A stretch of DNA of 64,000 bases from Acidimicrobiales bacterium (GTDB lineage: Bacteria; Actinomycetota; Acidimicrobiia; Acidimicrobiales; JAKAVM01): contig DAIDHF010000007.1 in NCBI GenBank assembly GCA_027452005.1, forward strand, positions 15,254 through 79,253. The letters are read 5' to 3'. Position 1 is the first letter of the stretch; the number at the start of each line of letters is the position of its first letter. Shown piece by piece: positions 35,769 through 45,549 of this stretch. The notes under the pieces were generated by a model. The model searched no databases, was not told where the DNA came from, and was given only the letters and a program-made list of their open reading frames with translations. The position numbers and the translations under genes are program-made.

Positions 35769-37235
35769 TTATCGGTTGCGTTTTGCCCTCTTGGGGCGGA
35801 TGCGATTAGCCCCTTTGTTAGCATTTTCAGCGATACTTTCCAAGGCCTCACCCGTCGAGTCTTTAGATTCTGGCTCGGAAAAGACCTGGGAAACTGACTG
35901 GGACTCAGCTAGGGACTCAGCTAGGTGCTCGGCTAAGCCAGAGCCGCCACTAGGGTCTACGTCTACAGTCAACGCAGCCTTGCCTTGATTTTGGGTCCCG
36001 GAGGCAGGCACCGAAGTCCCTTTGGGAACCAGGGGGGCAGCCTGGGAGTCTCTGGACTTTGCCTTTGATTTACCCGTCGCCTTTGTAGAGACGCCAGCCC
36101 GAGAAACACGCCCTGGGCCTTGTTTGGATCCCTGGATAGATGCCCTGGATTTTTTGGCGTTTTCAATAGCCATCCTAGCCACGTCTGCTGGGGTTAGGAG
36201 CTGACCTTCTCCTCCACGAGCCTCGATCCGTTTGCGAATCGCCGCATAACGAGGTTCTTTTTCTTTCAATACAGCCAAAAGGGGCGAGGCAATAAATATT
36301 GATGAGTAGGCTCCTGAGGTGAGGCCAATAAAGAGGGCCAAACCAAAATACTGGAGCGTGGTTGCTCCAAGCACATAGGCCCCTAAAATAAGAACCGACA
36401 GAATCGGAAGAATTGCGACTAAAGAGGTGTTTATGGATCTCATTAGAACCTGATTCATGGACAGGTTTACCGTGTTTGAGTAGGTCAACTTGCCGGTTTG
36501 ACCAATACCTCTTACGTTCTCTTCTACCCGGTCAAATACCACCACGGTGTCATAGAGCGAATATCCCAGAATAGTTAGGACAGCAATAACCGTATCGGGG
36601 GTGACCTGAAAGTTCCCAATAGCGTAAACGCCAACAGTAACCAAAAGGTCGTGAACTACAGCCGCTATTGCCGCCAGAGCCATGCGCCACTCAAAGCGGA
36701 TTGAAATGTATGCCGCAATTGCCAGAAAGAAAACTATTAAGGCTTCTATTGCCTTAGATGAAATATCTCCGCCCCAAGTTGGACCTACAAAGTTAACAGA
36801 TACCTGAGAGGCCTTAGTGTGGGTAGCCTTAGCCAAGGCGTCAGCTACGGTTGATTCCACTTGGTTTCTCTTGGTGTCATTACCAGAAACTTTGGCGTCT
36901 ATACTTAGAGTTTTACCACCCAAGATCGTAACTGTTGGATTTGTGAGCCCGTCTTTTTCTACAATGGATGTAGCCTTAGCAACACTTACCCCGTTATCGG
37001 TTAGTTGCCATGAGACTCCGCCCTTGAAGTCGATAGAAAAATTAAGGCCTCGATACGCAAAACTTCCAAGGCCAGCGAGTATGACAAGACTCGATATGAC
37101 GAACCAGATCTTTCGTCGACCCACAAAGTCAAAGGAGGTTTCACCACGGTAAAGCCTGCTAACTAACCTTCGTCTGGTTGCCCGCGGTGGAGTGCCCTCT
37201 TTGGTCTTAGCCGGAGAAGTCACTGTGCTAGACAT
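35769..37235 (-). CDS. secF: Protein translocase subunit SecF with a ~150-aa basic low-complexity C-terminal tail
   Basis: SecF core (FDFVGRRKIWFVIS..., six TM helices). The tail is rich in K/S/G/A and ends in RIRPKRAKRNR. Confidence 0.9.
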   Translation of the reverse strand: MSSTVTSPAKTKEGTPPRATRRRLVSRLYRGETSFDFVGRRKIWFVISSLVILAGLGSFAYRGLNFSIDFKGGVSWQLTDNGVSVAKATSIVEKDGLTNPTVTILGGKTLSIDAKVSGNDTKRNQVESTVADALAKATHTKASQVSVNFVGPTWGGDISSKAIEALIVFFLAIAAYISIRFEWRMALAAIAAVVHDLLVTVGVYAIGNFQVTPDTVIAVLTILGYSLYDTVVVFDRVEENVRGIGQTGKLTYSNTVNLSMNQVLMRSINTSLVAILPILSVLILGAYVLGATTLQYFGLALFIGLTSGAYSSIFIASPLLAVLKEKEPRYAAIRKRIEARGGEGQLLTPADVARMAIENAKKSRASIQGSKQGPGRVSRAGVSTKATGKSKAKSRDSQAAPLVPKGTSVPASGTQNQGKAALTVDVDPSGGSGLAEHLAESLAESQSVSQVFSEPESKDSTGEALESIAENANKGANRIRPKRAKRNR

Positions 37236-37292
37236 CTAAAACCTCAAGACCTCTGCTCGGACTAAGAATGTGATTTATGTTCAGCAAATCTC

Positions 37293-38855
37293 TCATACTG
37301 GTTCCAATTCGCCTTGCAACCCGGTCCCCGCACTATCCACCTCGTCGTCGTCTCGACCGTCATCTTCAGGGGTAAGTCCTCGTGCCACCCCAATCCACTT
37401 GGCGTGGGTCAAGAAGTGGTTTTGACCCATCAAAATCACCAAGGGACGAGTAAAGAAATACGCCGTGAATACGTCAAGCAAAGTTGATATACCTAAAAAC
37501 AGGGCAAATCCTCGCACGGGTCCAATTGCAAAGAGATAGAGAATTACAGCACCAATCAACGAAACGGCATCGGCCGCAATAACCGTCCTATATGCCCGAG
37601 CAAAGCCCTTGTCTACTGATGACCTAACCGTTTTACCCTGACGAATGTCGTCTTTTAGTCGTTCGAAATAGACGATATAGGAGTCAACGGTAACACCGAT
37701 GGAAACAATCACACCGGTTACTCCAGCGAGGTCTAGGGTCTCATGTGCCGTGTGAGACAAGATCGACGTAATGGTCCAGAGCATAAGTGCTGTAATTCCC
37801 AGGCCTGTTACCACCACGATTCCCAGGGCCCGATAGTAAAAGATTGTGTACAACATAACCAGGGCCATCCCGAGAAGGCCGGCCAACAGGCCAGCTCTAA
37901 GTGAGGACTTGCCAAGTGATGGGGAGACGGTCTCTAAGGTCTGTTGGTGTAATTGAACCGGTAGAGCGCCGTACTGCATTGCCTCGGCAACACTTTGGGC
38001 TGTGCTAGATGAAATTCCCGAATTACTAGATATCTCGCCTTGACCCCCGAAGCTCGTAAAAGACTTCTGGGTTGGTTGAATCTGAGGAGCTGAAACAACT
38101 TGGCAGTCCAGGGCTATAGCAACCTGCTTGTGAAAGTTGGCTTGTGCAATAGAGTCCCAGGTGGCCGAACCCTTGGAGGTAGTTGTGAACTGGATCACGT
38201 AGCCGGGAGTACCGGTCACGACCCCAGCCTTAGCCGTCTTGATGATGGTCCCATTTGCAGCAAGGGGGCCCAGTAGTTCGCGATAATAAGGCTTTTTGTA
38301 CTTGGTTAGATCGGGCTCTGGGTAGATAACGTCTTGATTGGCGTTGGCCGCTGTATTGTTACAACTCGTAGAAGGAACCTCTTGGGCAATTGCTGCAAGT
38401 TCGTTACTCTGTGAGTTAGTCGACGTGGACTGTTTTGTACAAATTGTATTTAGAATACTCGGCGTCAGCGACGAAGAACTAGTGCTTTTGCCTTTGGAGT
38501 ACGGAGGCAAAGGAGTCGTGCAAATTACCGGCCTAAACTCCACCTGACCTGTCTGGCCTATTTGGTTGACCAGTGCCCGAGGGTTCTTCACACCAGCAAC
38601 TTGCACCACTATGTCTTGGCCTTGGGTTTGTACTTGGGCATTGGCCAACGTGCCGATTCTTTTGTTGATAATATTAGCGGCCTCATTCAAATTTGCAGTC
38701 GTGGTCTTGTGAGCTGGAGTAAAAACAACATAGGCCCCCCCAGCTAGATCAAGACCCAAAGATGGTCCAATACCTGCAAGAAAAACACCTAGAAAACCCC
38801 CCACTGAAATAAACACCACGATGGCCAGCGGCAACCAAAGGGGTCTCTTCTTCAT
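37293..38855 (-). CDS. secD: Protein translocase subunit SecD
   Basis: 520 aa with an N-terminal TM helix, a periplasmic-type domain (LGLDLAGGAYVV) and a C-terminal six-TM bundle. Confidence 0.9.
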   Translation of the reverse strand: MKKRPLWLPLAIVVFISVGGFLGVFLAGIGPSLGLDLAGGAYVVFTPAHKTTTANLNEAANIINKRIGTLANAQVQTQGQDIVVQVAGVKNPRALVNQIGQTGQVEFRPVICTTPLPPYSKGKSTSSSSLTPSILNTICTKQSTSTNSQSNELAAIAQEVPSTSCNNTAANANQDVIYPEPDLTKYKKPYYRELLGPLAANGTIIKTAKAGVVTGTPGYVIQFTTTSKGSATWDSIAQANFHKQVAIALDCQVVSAPQIQPTQKSFTSFGGQGEISSNSGISSSTAQSVAEAMQYGALPVQLHQQTLETVSPSLGKSSLRAGLLAGLLGMALVMLYTIFYYRALGIVVVTGLGITALMLWTITSILSHTAHETLDLAGVTGVIVSIGVTVDSYIVYFERLKDDIRQGKTVRSSVDKGFARAYRTVIAADAVSLIGAVILYLFAIGPVRGFALFLGISTLLDVFTAYFFTRPLVILMGQNHFLTHAKWIGVARGLTPEDDGRDDDEVDSAGTGLQGELEPV

Positions 38856-39314
38856 CTAACGATCGTCCTCGTTGTTAGCCTGGTCTAGGTCGTGCATAAT
38901 CTCATCGCTGTGGGCATTTTGCTCGAACCCCTGGTCCACAGTGTCAAGGCTACCTGGGGCGGGTTCCAACTTTCTAGCAATGGCCTGTCTCAAAAATGTA
39001 AGCTCCACTCCAAGTTGAGCAGGGTTTGCCCTATCTGAGTTACTCACCCTTAGAACCATCCGATCGTCAACAATTTCAACCACGGTTCCAATAATGCCAC
39101 CGATAGTCACGACCTCATCGCCGGGCTCGATCTGACTTGTTTGTTGGGCCATTTTTCTCTGCCGATTCTTTTGAGGCCTTATTATTCCAAACCAGGCAAT
39201 AACTCCGAACAGAATGAGCATGATAAAAAAGGTGGACGTTGACGACGAGGATGCAGTTGTCTTAGACGAACTTGCCGCCAAAATCGTAGATAGGTGTAGG
39301 TAGTAGTTATGCAT
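38856..39314 (-). CDS. yajC: Preprotein translocase subunit YajC
   Basis: Single TM helix followed by IEPGDEVVTIGGIIGTVVEIVDD. Its stop abuts the secD start. Confidence 0.8.
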   Translation of the reverse strand: MHNYYLHLSTILAASSSKTTASSSSTSTFFIMLILFGVIAWFGIIRPQKNRQRKMAQQTSQIEPGDEVVTIGGIIGTVVEIVDDRMVLRVSNSDRANPAQLGVELTFLRQAIARKLEPAPGSLDTVDQGFEQNAHSDEIMHDLDQANNEDDR

Positions 39315-39364
39315 AGGTCCTCTAAATTTGGGCTAGCTCACCTGGAAACCGAGCAGATCACGGT

Positions 39365-40495
39365 CTAACAATCTAGGCGACCTTCTCCCTCGAACGCACC
39401 TTTCACCTGAGAAATCAGACCAGTGAGTGAGCCAGCCTCAATAGCATAGCGTGCCCGTGTCATCAGCCTGTACATCCATGCCAAATTATGGATGGAGGCT
39501 AGTCTAAGGGCCGTTGGGTCCCCAACATTAAACAGGTGACGGATATATCCCCGGGAACAGTTGGCGCAACCCTCGCACGTGCACCCTTCTTCCATGGGAT
39601 CATCCCGAGATCCATTATCCCGGGCTTTTAGATGAACTTTCCCAAGGTCGGTTAAAACCGTCCCATGACGGGCCAATCTTGTTGGCAGCACGCAGTCGAA
39701 CATATCAATCCCCCGAGAGACGGCTTCTAGGATTCCCACCGGATCGCCCACACCCATCAAGTACCTTGGCCTAGGGTCAAAGTCTAGTTGCCCAACAACT
39801 ACTTCGATCATGTTGGTCATCACCTGCCTTGGCTCACCAACTGATAGCCCCCCGATCGCCAGGCCGTCGAAAGCCCTGGCCCGAGTCTGGCGGGTGGCCC
39901 AGGCGCGCAAGTCGCTATCATCCCCACCTTGAACTATTCCAAAGAGTAGCGGGTTAGATTCTCCGTGGTCCCTGGAAGTGGCATGAAAGAACCTAAGAGC
40001 TCTGTCCCCCCAGGCAACTGAGAGTTCAGCCGCTCCCCTTAGGGTCCCAGGGTCTGAGGGAAGCTCGCTACACACATCTAGTGCCATCTGGATATCGGAC
40101 CCGAGCATCAGCTGAATCTCACAGGCCCGCTCAGGAGTAAGTTCGTGCCGGGATCCATCATAAACCGACTTGAAGTGAACCCCATGGGCACTATAGCTGG
40201 ACTTCAGGGAAAACACTTGATATCCACCTGAGTCGGTTAGAACAGCTCGGGGCCACCGTCCAAAACTCCCCACACCTCCCAGATCTTTCACAATTTGTGC
40301 CCCCGGGCGGAGCATCAAGTGGTAAGTGTTGGCCAACATGACCTCAAATCCAAGGGAAGTAAGATCTGAGCCCGACAACGACTTTACCCCACCACGGGTT
40401 CCAACGGGCATAAAGCACGGGACGTGAATGGTCTTTCCATTTGCCTGAAAGAACCCCACGCGCCCATTACCGTCTCTGGCGGTAACCGTGAGCAT
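39365..40495 (-). CDS. tgt: Queuine tRNA-ribosyltransferase
   Basis: Motifs FMPVGT, LTDSGGYQVFSL, and zinc site CTCEGC...RGYIRHL. I prefer the start at ATG 40495 (MLTVTARDG), because the ORF-track start at 40594 overlaps queA by 91 nt. Confidence 0.9.
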   Translation of the reverse strand: MLTVTARDGNGRVGFFQANGKTIHVPCFMPVGTRGGVKSLSGSDLTSLGFEVMLANTYHLMLRPGAQIVKDLGGVGSFGRWPRAVLTDSGGYQVFSLKSSYSAHGVHFKSVYDGSRHELTPERACEIQLMLGSDIQMALDVCSELPSDPGTLRGAAELSVAWGDRALRFFHATSRDHGESNPLLFGIVQGGDDSDLRAWATRQTRARAFDGLAIGGLSVGEPRQVMTNMIEVVVGQLDFDPRPRYLMGVGDPVGILEAVSRGIDMFDCVLPTRLARHGTVLTDLGKVHLKARDNGSRDDPMEEGCTCEGCANCSRGYIRHLFNVGDPTALRLASIHNLAWMYRLMTRARYAIEAGSLTGLISQVKGAFEGEGRLDC

Positions 40496-40503
40496 ATTGG
40501 ACA

Positions 40504-41526
40504 CTATCTCTGTGACCTTCCCACGATCATGGCATCCCCAAAGGACAAAAATCGATATTTTGACTCTAAGGCGTATCGGTAAATATTGCGCCAACTATTA
40601 CCACAGAACGCTTGTAGCATTACAAGCAGGGTCGATCTAGGAACGTGAAAGTTAGTTAACATGACGTCAACCACCTTGAAATCGTAGTCTCCGTATATGT
40701 ATAAGTTCGTTGACCCTGATAATTGCTCGAAAGTAGCTGCACTCTCTAGAGCCCTAGTGGTGGTAGTCCCAATTGCAAGTACCCGGTTGGCCGATAAAAT
40801 TTCCTCAAAATCACGTTCATCTATGAAATAATTTTCTGAGTGGATGTGATGAAGGGACGGGTCATCAACCACAATCGGCCGGAACGTATCAAGCCCAATC
40901 TGAAGCTCGACCGTGACTATTTTTGCTCCCCTAGTCACAATTTTGCGCATTAGGCTATCTGTAAAGTGTAAACCAGCCGTGGGAGCAGCCACAGACCCGG
41001 GTTGGCGAGCAAAAACCGTCTGATATCTTTCTGGAGTAATATCCTTGGTGTGAATGTAGGGCGGGAACGCAACACTAGCGAGCCTGTGGGGATCTATATC
41101 TTTTTCAAACTCAACTACGGCGAGGTCCCGACCGTCTGGCACCGATTTACGACCGACGACCTTACACACCTTTTCACCACTTTGATCCAACAGCTCTGTT
41201 GAACTAGGACATCTCTTCATGGGGCGAATGAGCACCTCCCAGATCTGGCCCACCAGGCTTGATCCTTCTAGGTGGCGGACCAAGAGAACCTCTACTAATC
41301 CACCAGTACCTTTGAATAGCTCAAGTCTGCACGGCATTACCTTAGAGTTGTTAACTACCACAACGTCACCTGGACCTATCAGATCCGAAAAATCGCTAAC
41401 CTGGCGATCAATATAGGAACCAGGTTTACTTAGCGCGTCAAGTAATCTCGCGGAATCTCTTGGTTCGATCGGAACCTGGGCAATTAACTCAGGCGGTAGC
41501 TCATAGTCAAAATCTGAAACATGCAC
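40504..41526 (-). CDS. queA: S-adenosylmethionine:tRNA ribosyltransferase-isomerase
   Basis: Motifs FDYELPPELIAQ, SVAAPTAGLHFT and GTTTTRALES. Confidence 0.9.
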   Translation of the reverse strand: MHVSDFDYELPPELIAQVPIEPRDSARLLDALSKPGSYIDRQVSDFSDLIGPGDVVVVNNSKVMPCRLELFKGTGGLVEVLLVRHLEGSSLVGQIWEVLIRPMKRCPSSTELLDQSGEKVCKVVGRKSVPDGRDLAVVEFEKDIDPHRLASVAFPPYIHTKDITPERYQTVFARQPGSVAAPTAGLHFTDSLMRKIVTRGAKIVTVELQIGLDTFRPIVVDDPSLHHIHSENYFIDERDFEEILSANRVLAIGTTTTRALESAATFEQLSGSTNLYIYGDYDFKVVDVMLTNFHVPRSTLLVMLQAFCGNSWRNIYRYALESKYRFLSFGDAMIVGRSQR

Positions 41527-41560
41527 GGCTACAGTTGTTTGCCAACCACCACCACGACCA

Positions 41561-42052
41561 TTAAAGACGGCATATTAGATTCATGCGAGTCTTGAGAGCT
41601 ATCTGTGAGGTAGCCTCGTTGACAAACGTGGTCTCGGTGACCAAGAACCGCATCGTGCGACCCTTTGACTCTTTCTCATACATATCCACTATCTCGGTCG
41701 CGGACACTAGAACGTCACCCACCACTACAGGGTTGAAATACTCAAAGGATTGTTCTCCGTGTAGCATCAGTCCCCCATCTTTGGTCAACTCACCCATAGC
41801 TCGACCCATAGCACTCTGGTCCACGTCGTCACCCACTTCGGGCTGAATCTCAGAAAAAGTCCCGAAGTTGGCCCAGGCAAACCCAAAAGTGGGAGGTGTT
41901 GGTATAGAATTAAATCCGTTAGACTTGGCTACGTCTAAATTGAAGTAGTTATCGTTCTTATCCAGTACCGCCCTAGCAAAATTTGAGGTCGGACTTCTCT
42001 CGATAACGATCTTCGATATTCCGGTCTTTTTACCCACAAAACTTGTATCCAC
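41561..42052 (-). CDS. Hotdog-fold protein (MaoC N-terminal / FAS1-like dehydratase type, UPF0336-like)
   Basis: 163 aa with a GTG start. The PPTFGF and LHGEQSFEYF pattern is typical of the non-catalytic dehydratase partner subunit. Confidence 0.65.
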   Translation of the reverse strand: MDTSFVGKKTGISKIVIERSPTSNFARAVLDKNDNYFNLDVAKSNGFNSIPTPPTFGFAWANFGTFSEIQPEVGDDVDQSAMGRAMGELTKDGGLMLHGEQSFEYFNPVVVGDVLVSATEIVDMYEKESKGRTMRFLVTETTFVNEATSQIALKTRMNLICRL

Positions 42053-42247
42053 GCTATGACTCTAAAGCTTGACTTTGGCTTGATGCAATCTGGACATATT
42101 TTTGCTGAGCGTGGGATAGTTCCGAAAATAAATTCCTAGACTAATCGATATATATATATTGAGTTTTACAACTGCTGTGCTGGCTATACCTATTCAACCA
42201 ATGCACTTGCATATATCTCGGTCCTGAAATTGTCTTTGTAGTTTTAG

Positions 42248-42261
42248 ACCAGAGGTCTGGT
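42248..42261. promoter_or_regulatory. Candidate operator: inverted repeat ACCAGA-GG-TCTGGT, 9 nt upstream of a TATAAT hexamer (42271-42276)
   Basis: Perfect 6-bp arms read directly from the sequence. It lies in the 388-bp AT-rich divergent intergenic region upstream of the GH3 gene. The half-sites resemble GntR/HutC-type TGGTCT/AGACCA elements, but in everted order. Confidence 0.3.
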
Positions 42262-42440
42262 TGCCCGATTTATAATACTTACAACTATTGGCCAATCTCT
42301 CATAAGATCTCAATTTTTAGATCATGATAAAGTCCTAAACAACGACCCGTCGTCCCATTTTAAGGCGGAGCTAGAAAGGAGAATTCGAGATACAGATCAC
42401 TACCTTTGAACAAGCTCGACAGGCCGTTGAGAGTGGGATA

Positions 42441-44558
42441 TTGCCAGATGATGTTGCTCGGGCGCTCACGTCAGAGATGACCCAGAAAGAACGTCTGTGG
42501 TGCCTAGATGGGGATGCTCCGACTTGGGCTGGAGTTGAATTTCTGGCAAATGATGGGTATCACATGGCACCTTTTCTGGCTGGACGCGTAGAAAGGATTG
42601 GTCTGCCAGGGATTAGTTTTGCCGACGGTCCACGTGGATGTGTGGTGGGCAACGCCACATGTTTTCCGGTGTCAATGGCACGCGGTGCTACCTGGGATCC
42701 AGACTTAGAAGAACAAGTCGGCCAAGCCATAGGTCGGGAGACCCGTGCGCTTGGCGCAACCCTTTCCGGGGCGGTATGCGTAAACTTACTACGCCACCCG
42801 GCCTGGGGACGAGCACAAGAAACATACGGCGAGGACCCATTTCATGTTGGAGAGATGGGGGCAGCACTTACCCGGGGACTTCAAGAACACGTCATGGCTT
42901 GTGTAAAGCATTTTGCCTGTAATTCTATTGAGAATGCCCGCTTTAGTGTTGACGTAAAAGTAGACGAGGTAGCCCTACACGAGATCTATCTCCCCCAATT
43001 TCGCCGGATTGTCGACGAGGGGGTTGCCTGCGTCATGTCGGCCTATAACTCGGTCAACGGACAGTGGTGTGGCCAAAATCACAACTTGCTTACGGAAACA
43101 CTACGTGATGAGTGGGGATTTTTAGGTTTTACAATCTCGGACTGGATCTTTGGGATTCGCGACGCCACTCTGTCCTTGGCCGCCGGGTTAGATATCGAGA
43201 TGCCTTACCGTATGATTAGAGCCCAGCATCTCGAGACGGCCCTGGCTTCTACAAAGGCCATTTGGGACGACGTTGACCAATCGGTTCAACGAATTGTTTC
43301 AACGCTCCTACGGTTCGATTCAGTACTTTCAACTCCTCCACCCGCAGTCTCACAGGTGGGATGTCGTGCCCATCGAGAACTGGCCAGGAATGTAGCCGCA
43401 AAGTCCGTTGTTGTCTTGAAGAATAGCCCTGTTGATGGCAAAGAGATATTGCCGCTTGAAAACATCATAAGAGTTGGCGTAATCGGCCAGCTGGCAAACG
43501 TGGCAAACCTTGGCGACTCTGGCTCCAGTGACGTATGGGATCCCGAGTGCACTAGCGTTCTCGATGCACTTCGTCATGAATTTCTTCATGTCGTATATGA
43601 CGATGGGTCTAATCTTGAACGTAGCGCTCAAATATGTTCGCAGGTGGACGCTGTAATTGTTGTGGTCGGCTATAGCTATCTTGATGAAGGTGAGTATATA
43701 GGTGCTAGCGACCCAGAACTTGGGGCACTGTTCCCCGAGAGTGACGATCAAAATACCATAGACCGATTCAAGGGATGGATTGCACAACAACCGGTTACAA
43801 CAAAGCCGGACCGACTTTTTGAGCGTCCGAGAGGATTTGGAACCGGGGGCGACCGGACCTCATTGAGGCTACCGGACTCTCAGGTAGATCTTATCTCAAC
43901 AGTGGCGGATTCGAATCCGAGAACAATTGTTGTAATACAGTCTGGAAGCGCCGTAATTACAACCGAGTGGATTGACAAGGTTCCAGCGGTCTTGATGGCC
44001 TGGTATGGAGGATGCCAAGCTGGCCCGGGACTAGTGGACGCACTAGTCGGGAACATAAATCCCTCTGCCCGCTTGCCCTTTAGTATCCCGAAAGATGAAG
44101 CCGATCTGCCTCCCTTCGATAGCCAGGCAAGAGAGTTCACCTATGACAGATGGCACGGCTGGTGGCATCTCATGCGTAATGGTACTAGCCCCCATTTTCC
44201 GTTTGGATTTGGGCTTTCCTACACGTCATTTCGTCTGGAGTCATGCAAGGTAACTACAGGAGACTTGATTTCGATTGAAGGAACTTTATCAAATACGGGC
44301 CCTCTGGACGGGACCGACGTGATACAGGTTTATGTTCACTTCCCAGATCCTGACACTCCACCTCGCCTGGTTGGGTTTTCAAACATAAAGGTCGCGCCAG
44401 GTCAAGTAGTCAGTTTTGAGATCTCGATTCCTAAAAGTAGATTGGCCCGGCGCGACCCTGGGTTGCACCTTTGGACCCAGCCCAGTGGTCCTCACCTGGT
44501 TAGAGTGGGACGATACTGTGGGGACCCACAGTCCTACACCTGTGAGCTAGAGCTGTAA
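42441..44558 (+). CDS. Glycoside hydrolase family 3 (beta-glucosidase/beta-hexosaminidase-like)
   Basis: 705 aa with KHFACNS, nucleophile context GFTISDW and a C-terminal FnIII-like beta-sandwich. The first canonical start is TTG 42441. The frame stays open back to 42375, with AGGAG at 42377-42381, so the true start may be upstream and non-canonical. Confidence 0.85.
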   Translation: MPDDVARALTSEMTQKERLWCLDGDAPTWAGVEFLANDGYHMAPFLAGRVERIGLPGISFADGPRGCVVGNATCFPVSMARGATWDPDLEEQVGQAIGRETRALGATLSGAVCVNLLRHPAWGRAQETYGEDPFHVGEMGAALTRGLQEHVMACVKHFACNSIENARFSVDVKVDEVALHEIYLPQFRRIVDEGVACVMSAYNSVNGQWCGQNHNLLTETLRDEWGFLGFTISDWIFGIRDATLSLAAGLDIEMPYRMIRAQHLETALASTKAIWDDVDQSVQRIVSTLLRFDSVLSTPPPAVSQVGCRAHRELARNVAAKSVVVLKNSPVDGKEILPLENIIRVGVIGQLANVANLGDSGSSDVWDPECTSVLDALRHEFLHVVYDDGSNLERSAQICSQVDAVIVVVGYSYLDEGEYIGASDPELGALFPESDDQNTIDRFKGWIAQQPVTTKPDRLFERPRGFGTGGDRTSLRLPDSQVDLISTVADSNPRTIVVIQSGSAVITTEWIDKVPAVLMAWYGGCQAGPGLVDALVGNINPSARLPFSIPKDEADLPPFDSQAREFTYDRWHGWWHLMRNGTSPHFPFGFGLSYTSFRLESCKVTTGDLISIEGTLSNTGPLDGTDVIQVYVHFPDPDTPPRLVGFSNIKVAPGQVVSFEISIPKSRLARRDPGLHLWTQPSGPHLVRVGRYCGDPQSYTCELEL

Positions 44559-44576
44559 CTGAGGGTTCCAGCTAGT

Positions 44577-45518
44577 GTGGCCGTAGAACAACCTGGGTGG
44601 AAGACTTTCTGGCCTTCTAATAGAGTCTATGACGTGGATTACCATGAACCCATAGCCAATAGGAACTTTGAGACGATCACCTGTGAACAGGTAGATAGCG
44701 TCTGTCTGGTAACCCTGAATCGGCCCGAGGTCCACAACGCATTCAACTCGACCATGCAGTGTGAACTAAGGGTCCTGTGGCGGACTCTGCGATATGACAA
44801 TTCGGTACGTGGAGTAGTTATTACCGGCGCTGGCGATAGGGCGTTTTGCACTGGGATTGACAGGTCCGAGATTGCCCAAGACGACTCGCCAAGTCAGCAA
44901 GGTACAACTGATCCACTTATGTCGGCCCCAGGTAACAGGATCAATGTTGGCCAGGCAGGTGAGACACCCTTTATGTTTGATGATCCCGGTGAGTCACTTG
45001 GACCCAAGAGCTGTGGACTCTTCAAACCGGTAATAGCTGCCGTTAACGGGATTGCGTGCGGTGGAGCCTTTTACATCCTCGGCGAGGTAGATTTTATTGT
45101 TGCAAGCGACGATGCAACCTTTTTTGACCCGCACGTGACATACGGGATGACGGCGGCTTTCGAACCAATGCTGATGCTCTCCAAGATGCCCTTTGGGGAG
45201 TTGGTAAGAATGTCACTCATGGGCATTGCCGAGCGAGTATCTGCCAAACGGGCCCATGAGATAGGGCTAGTTAGCGAAGTCGTTGATAAAGACACTGTAG
45301 TTTCTCGGTCTATGGACCTGGCCCAGATGATAGCTTCGAACCCTCCCCTAGCGGTGCAAGGAACCCTCCGGGCAATCTGGGCGGCTCGTGAGCTATCGCC
45401 TTCCCAAGCGGTTGCTCTTGGGTACGCCTTTGTTGGACTAGGCACGAGCCCGGATTCCCTGATGCAGGGGCAGGAAAGTTTTCAGAGCAAGAATCGTCCT
45501 AAGTGGACCCTTCGCTAG
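44577..45518 (+). CDS. Enoyl-CoA hydratase/isomerase family protein (crotonase fold)
   Basis: Motifs VTLNRPEVHNAF, VVITGAGDRAFCTGID and AAVNGIACGGAF. GTG start. Confidence 0.8.
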   Translation: MAVEQPGWKTFWPSNRVYDVDYHEPIANRNFETITCEQVDSVCLVTLNRPEVHNAFNSTMQCELRVLWRTLRYDNSVRGVVITGAGDRAFCTGIDRSEIAQDDSPSQQGTTDPLMSAPGNRINVGQAGETPFMFDDPGESLGPKSCGLFKPVIAAVNGIACGGAFYILGEVDFIVASDDATFFDPHVTYGMTAAFEPMLMLSKMPFGELVRMSLMGIAERVSAKRAHEIGLVSEVVDKDTVVSRSMDLAQMIASNPPLAVQGTLRAIWAARELSPSQAVALGYAFVGLGTSPDSLMQGQESFQSKNRPKWTLR

Positions 45519-45549
45519 TAAATTCGCCTTAGGATAGAGAGGCTATACG

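Noticed and set aside
43350-43790. 146-aa minus-strand ORF, plus other 60-125-aa track ORFs nested in long genes (e.g. 1029-1400, 45543-45953, 45071-45445, 36817-37152, 57242-57793)
   Set aside because: All are nested inside longer ORFs on the opposite strand or another frame that carry recognisable family motifs. None has motifs of its own.
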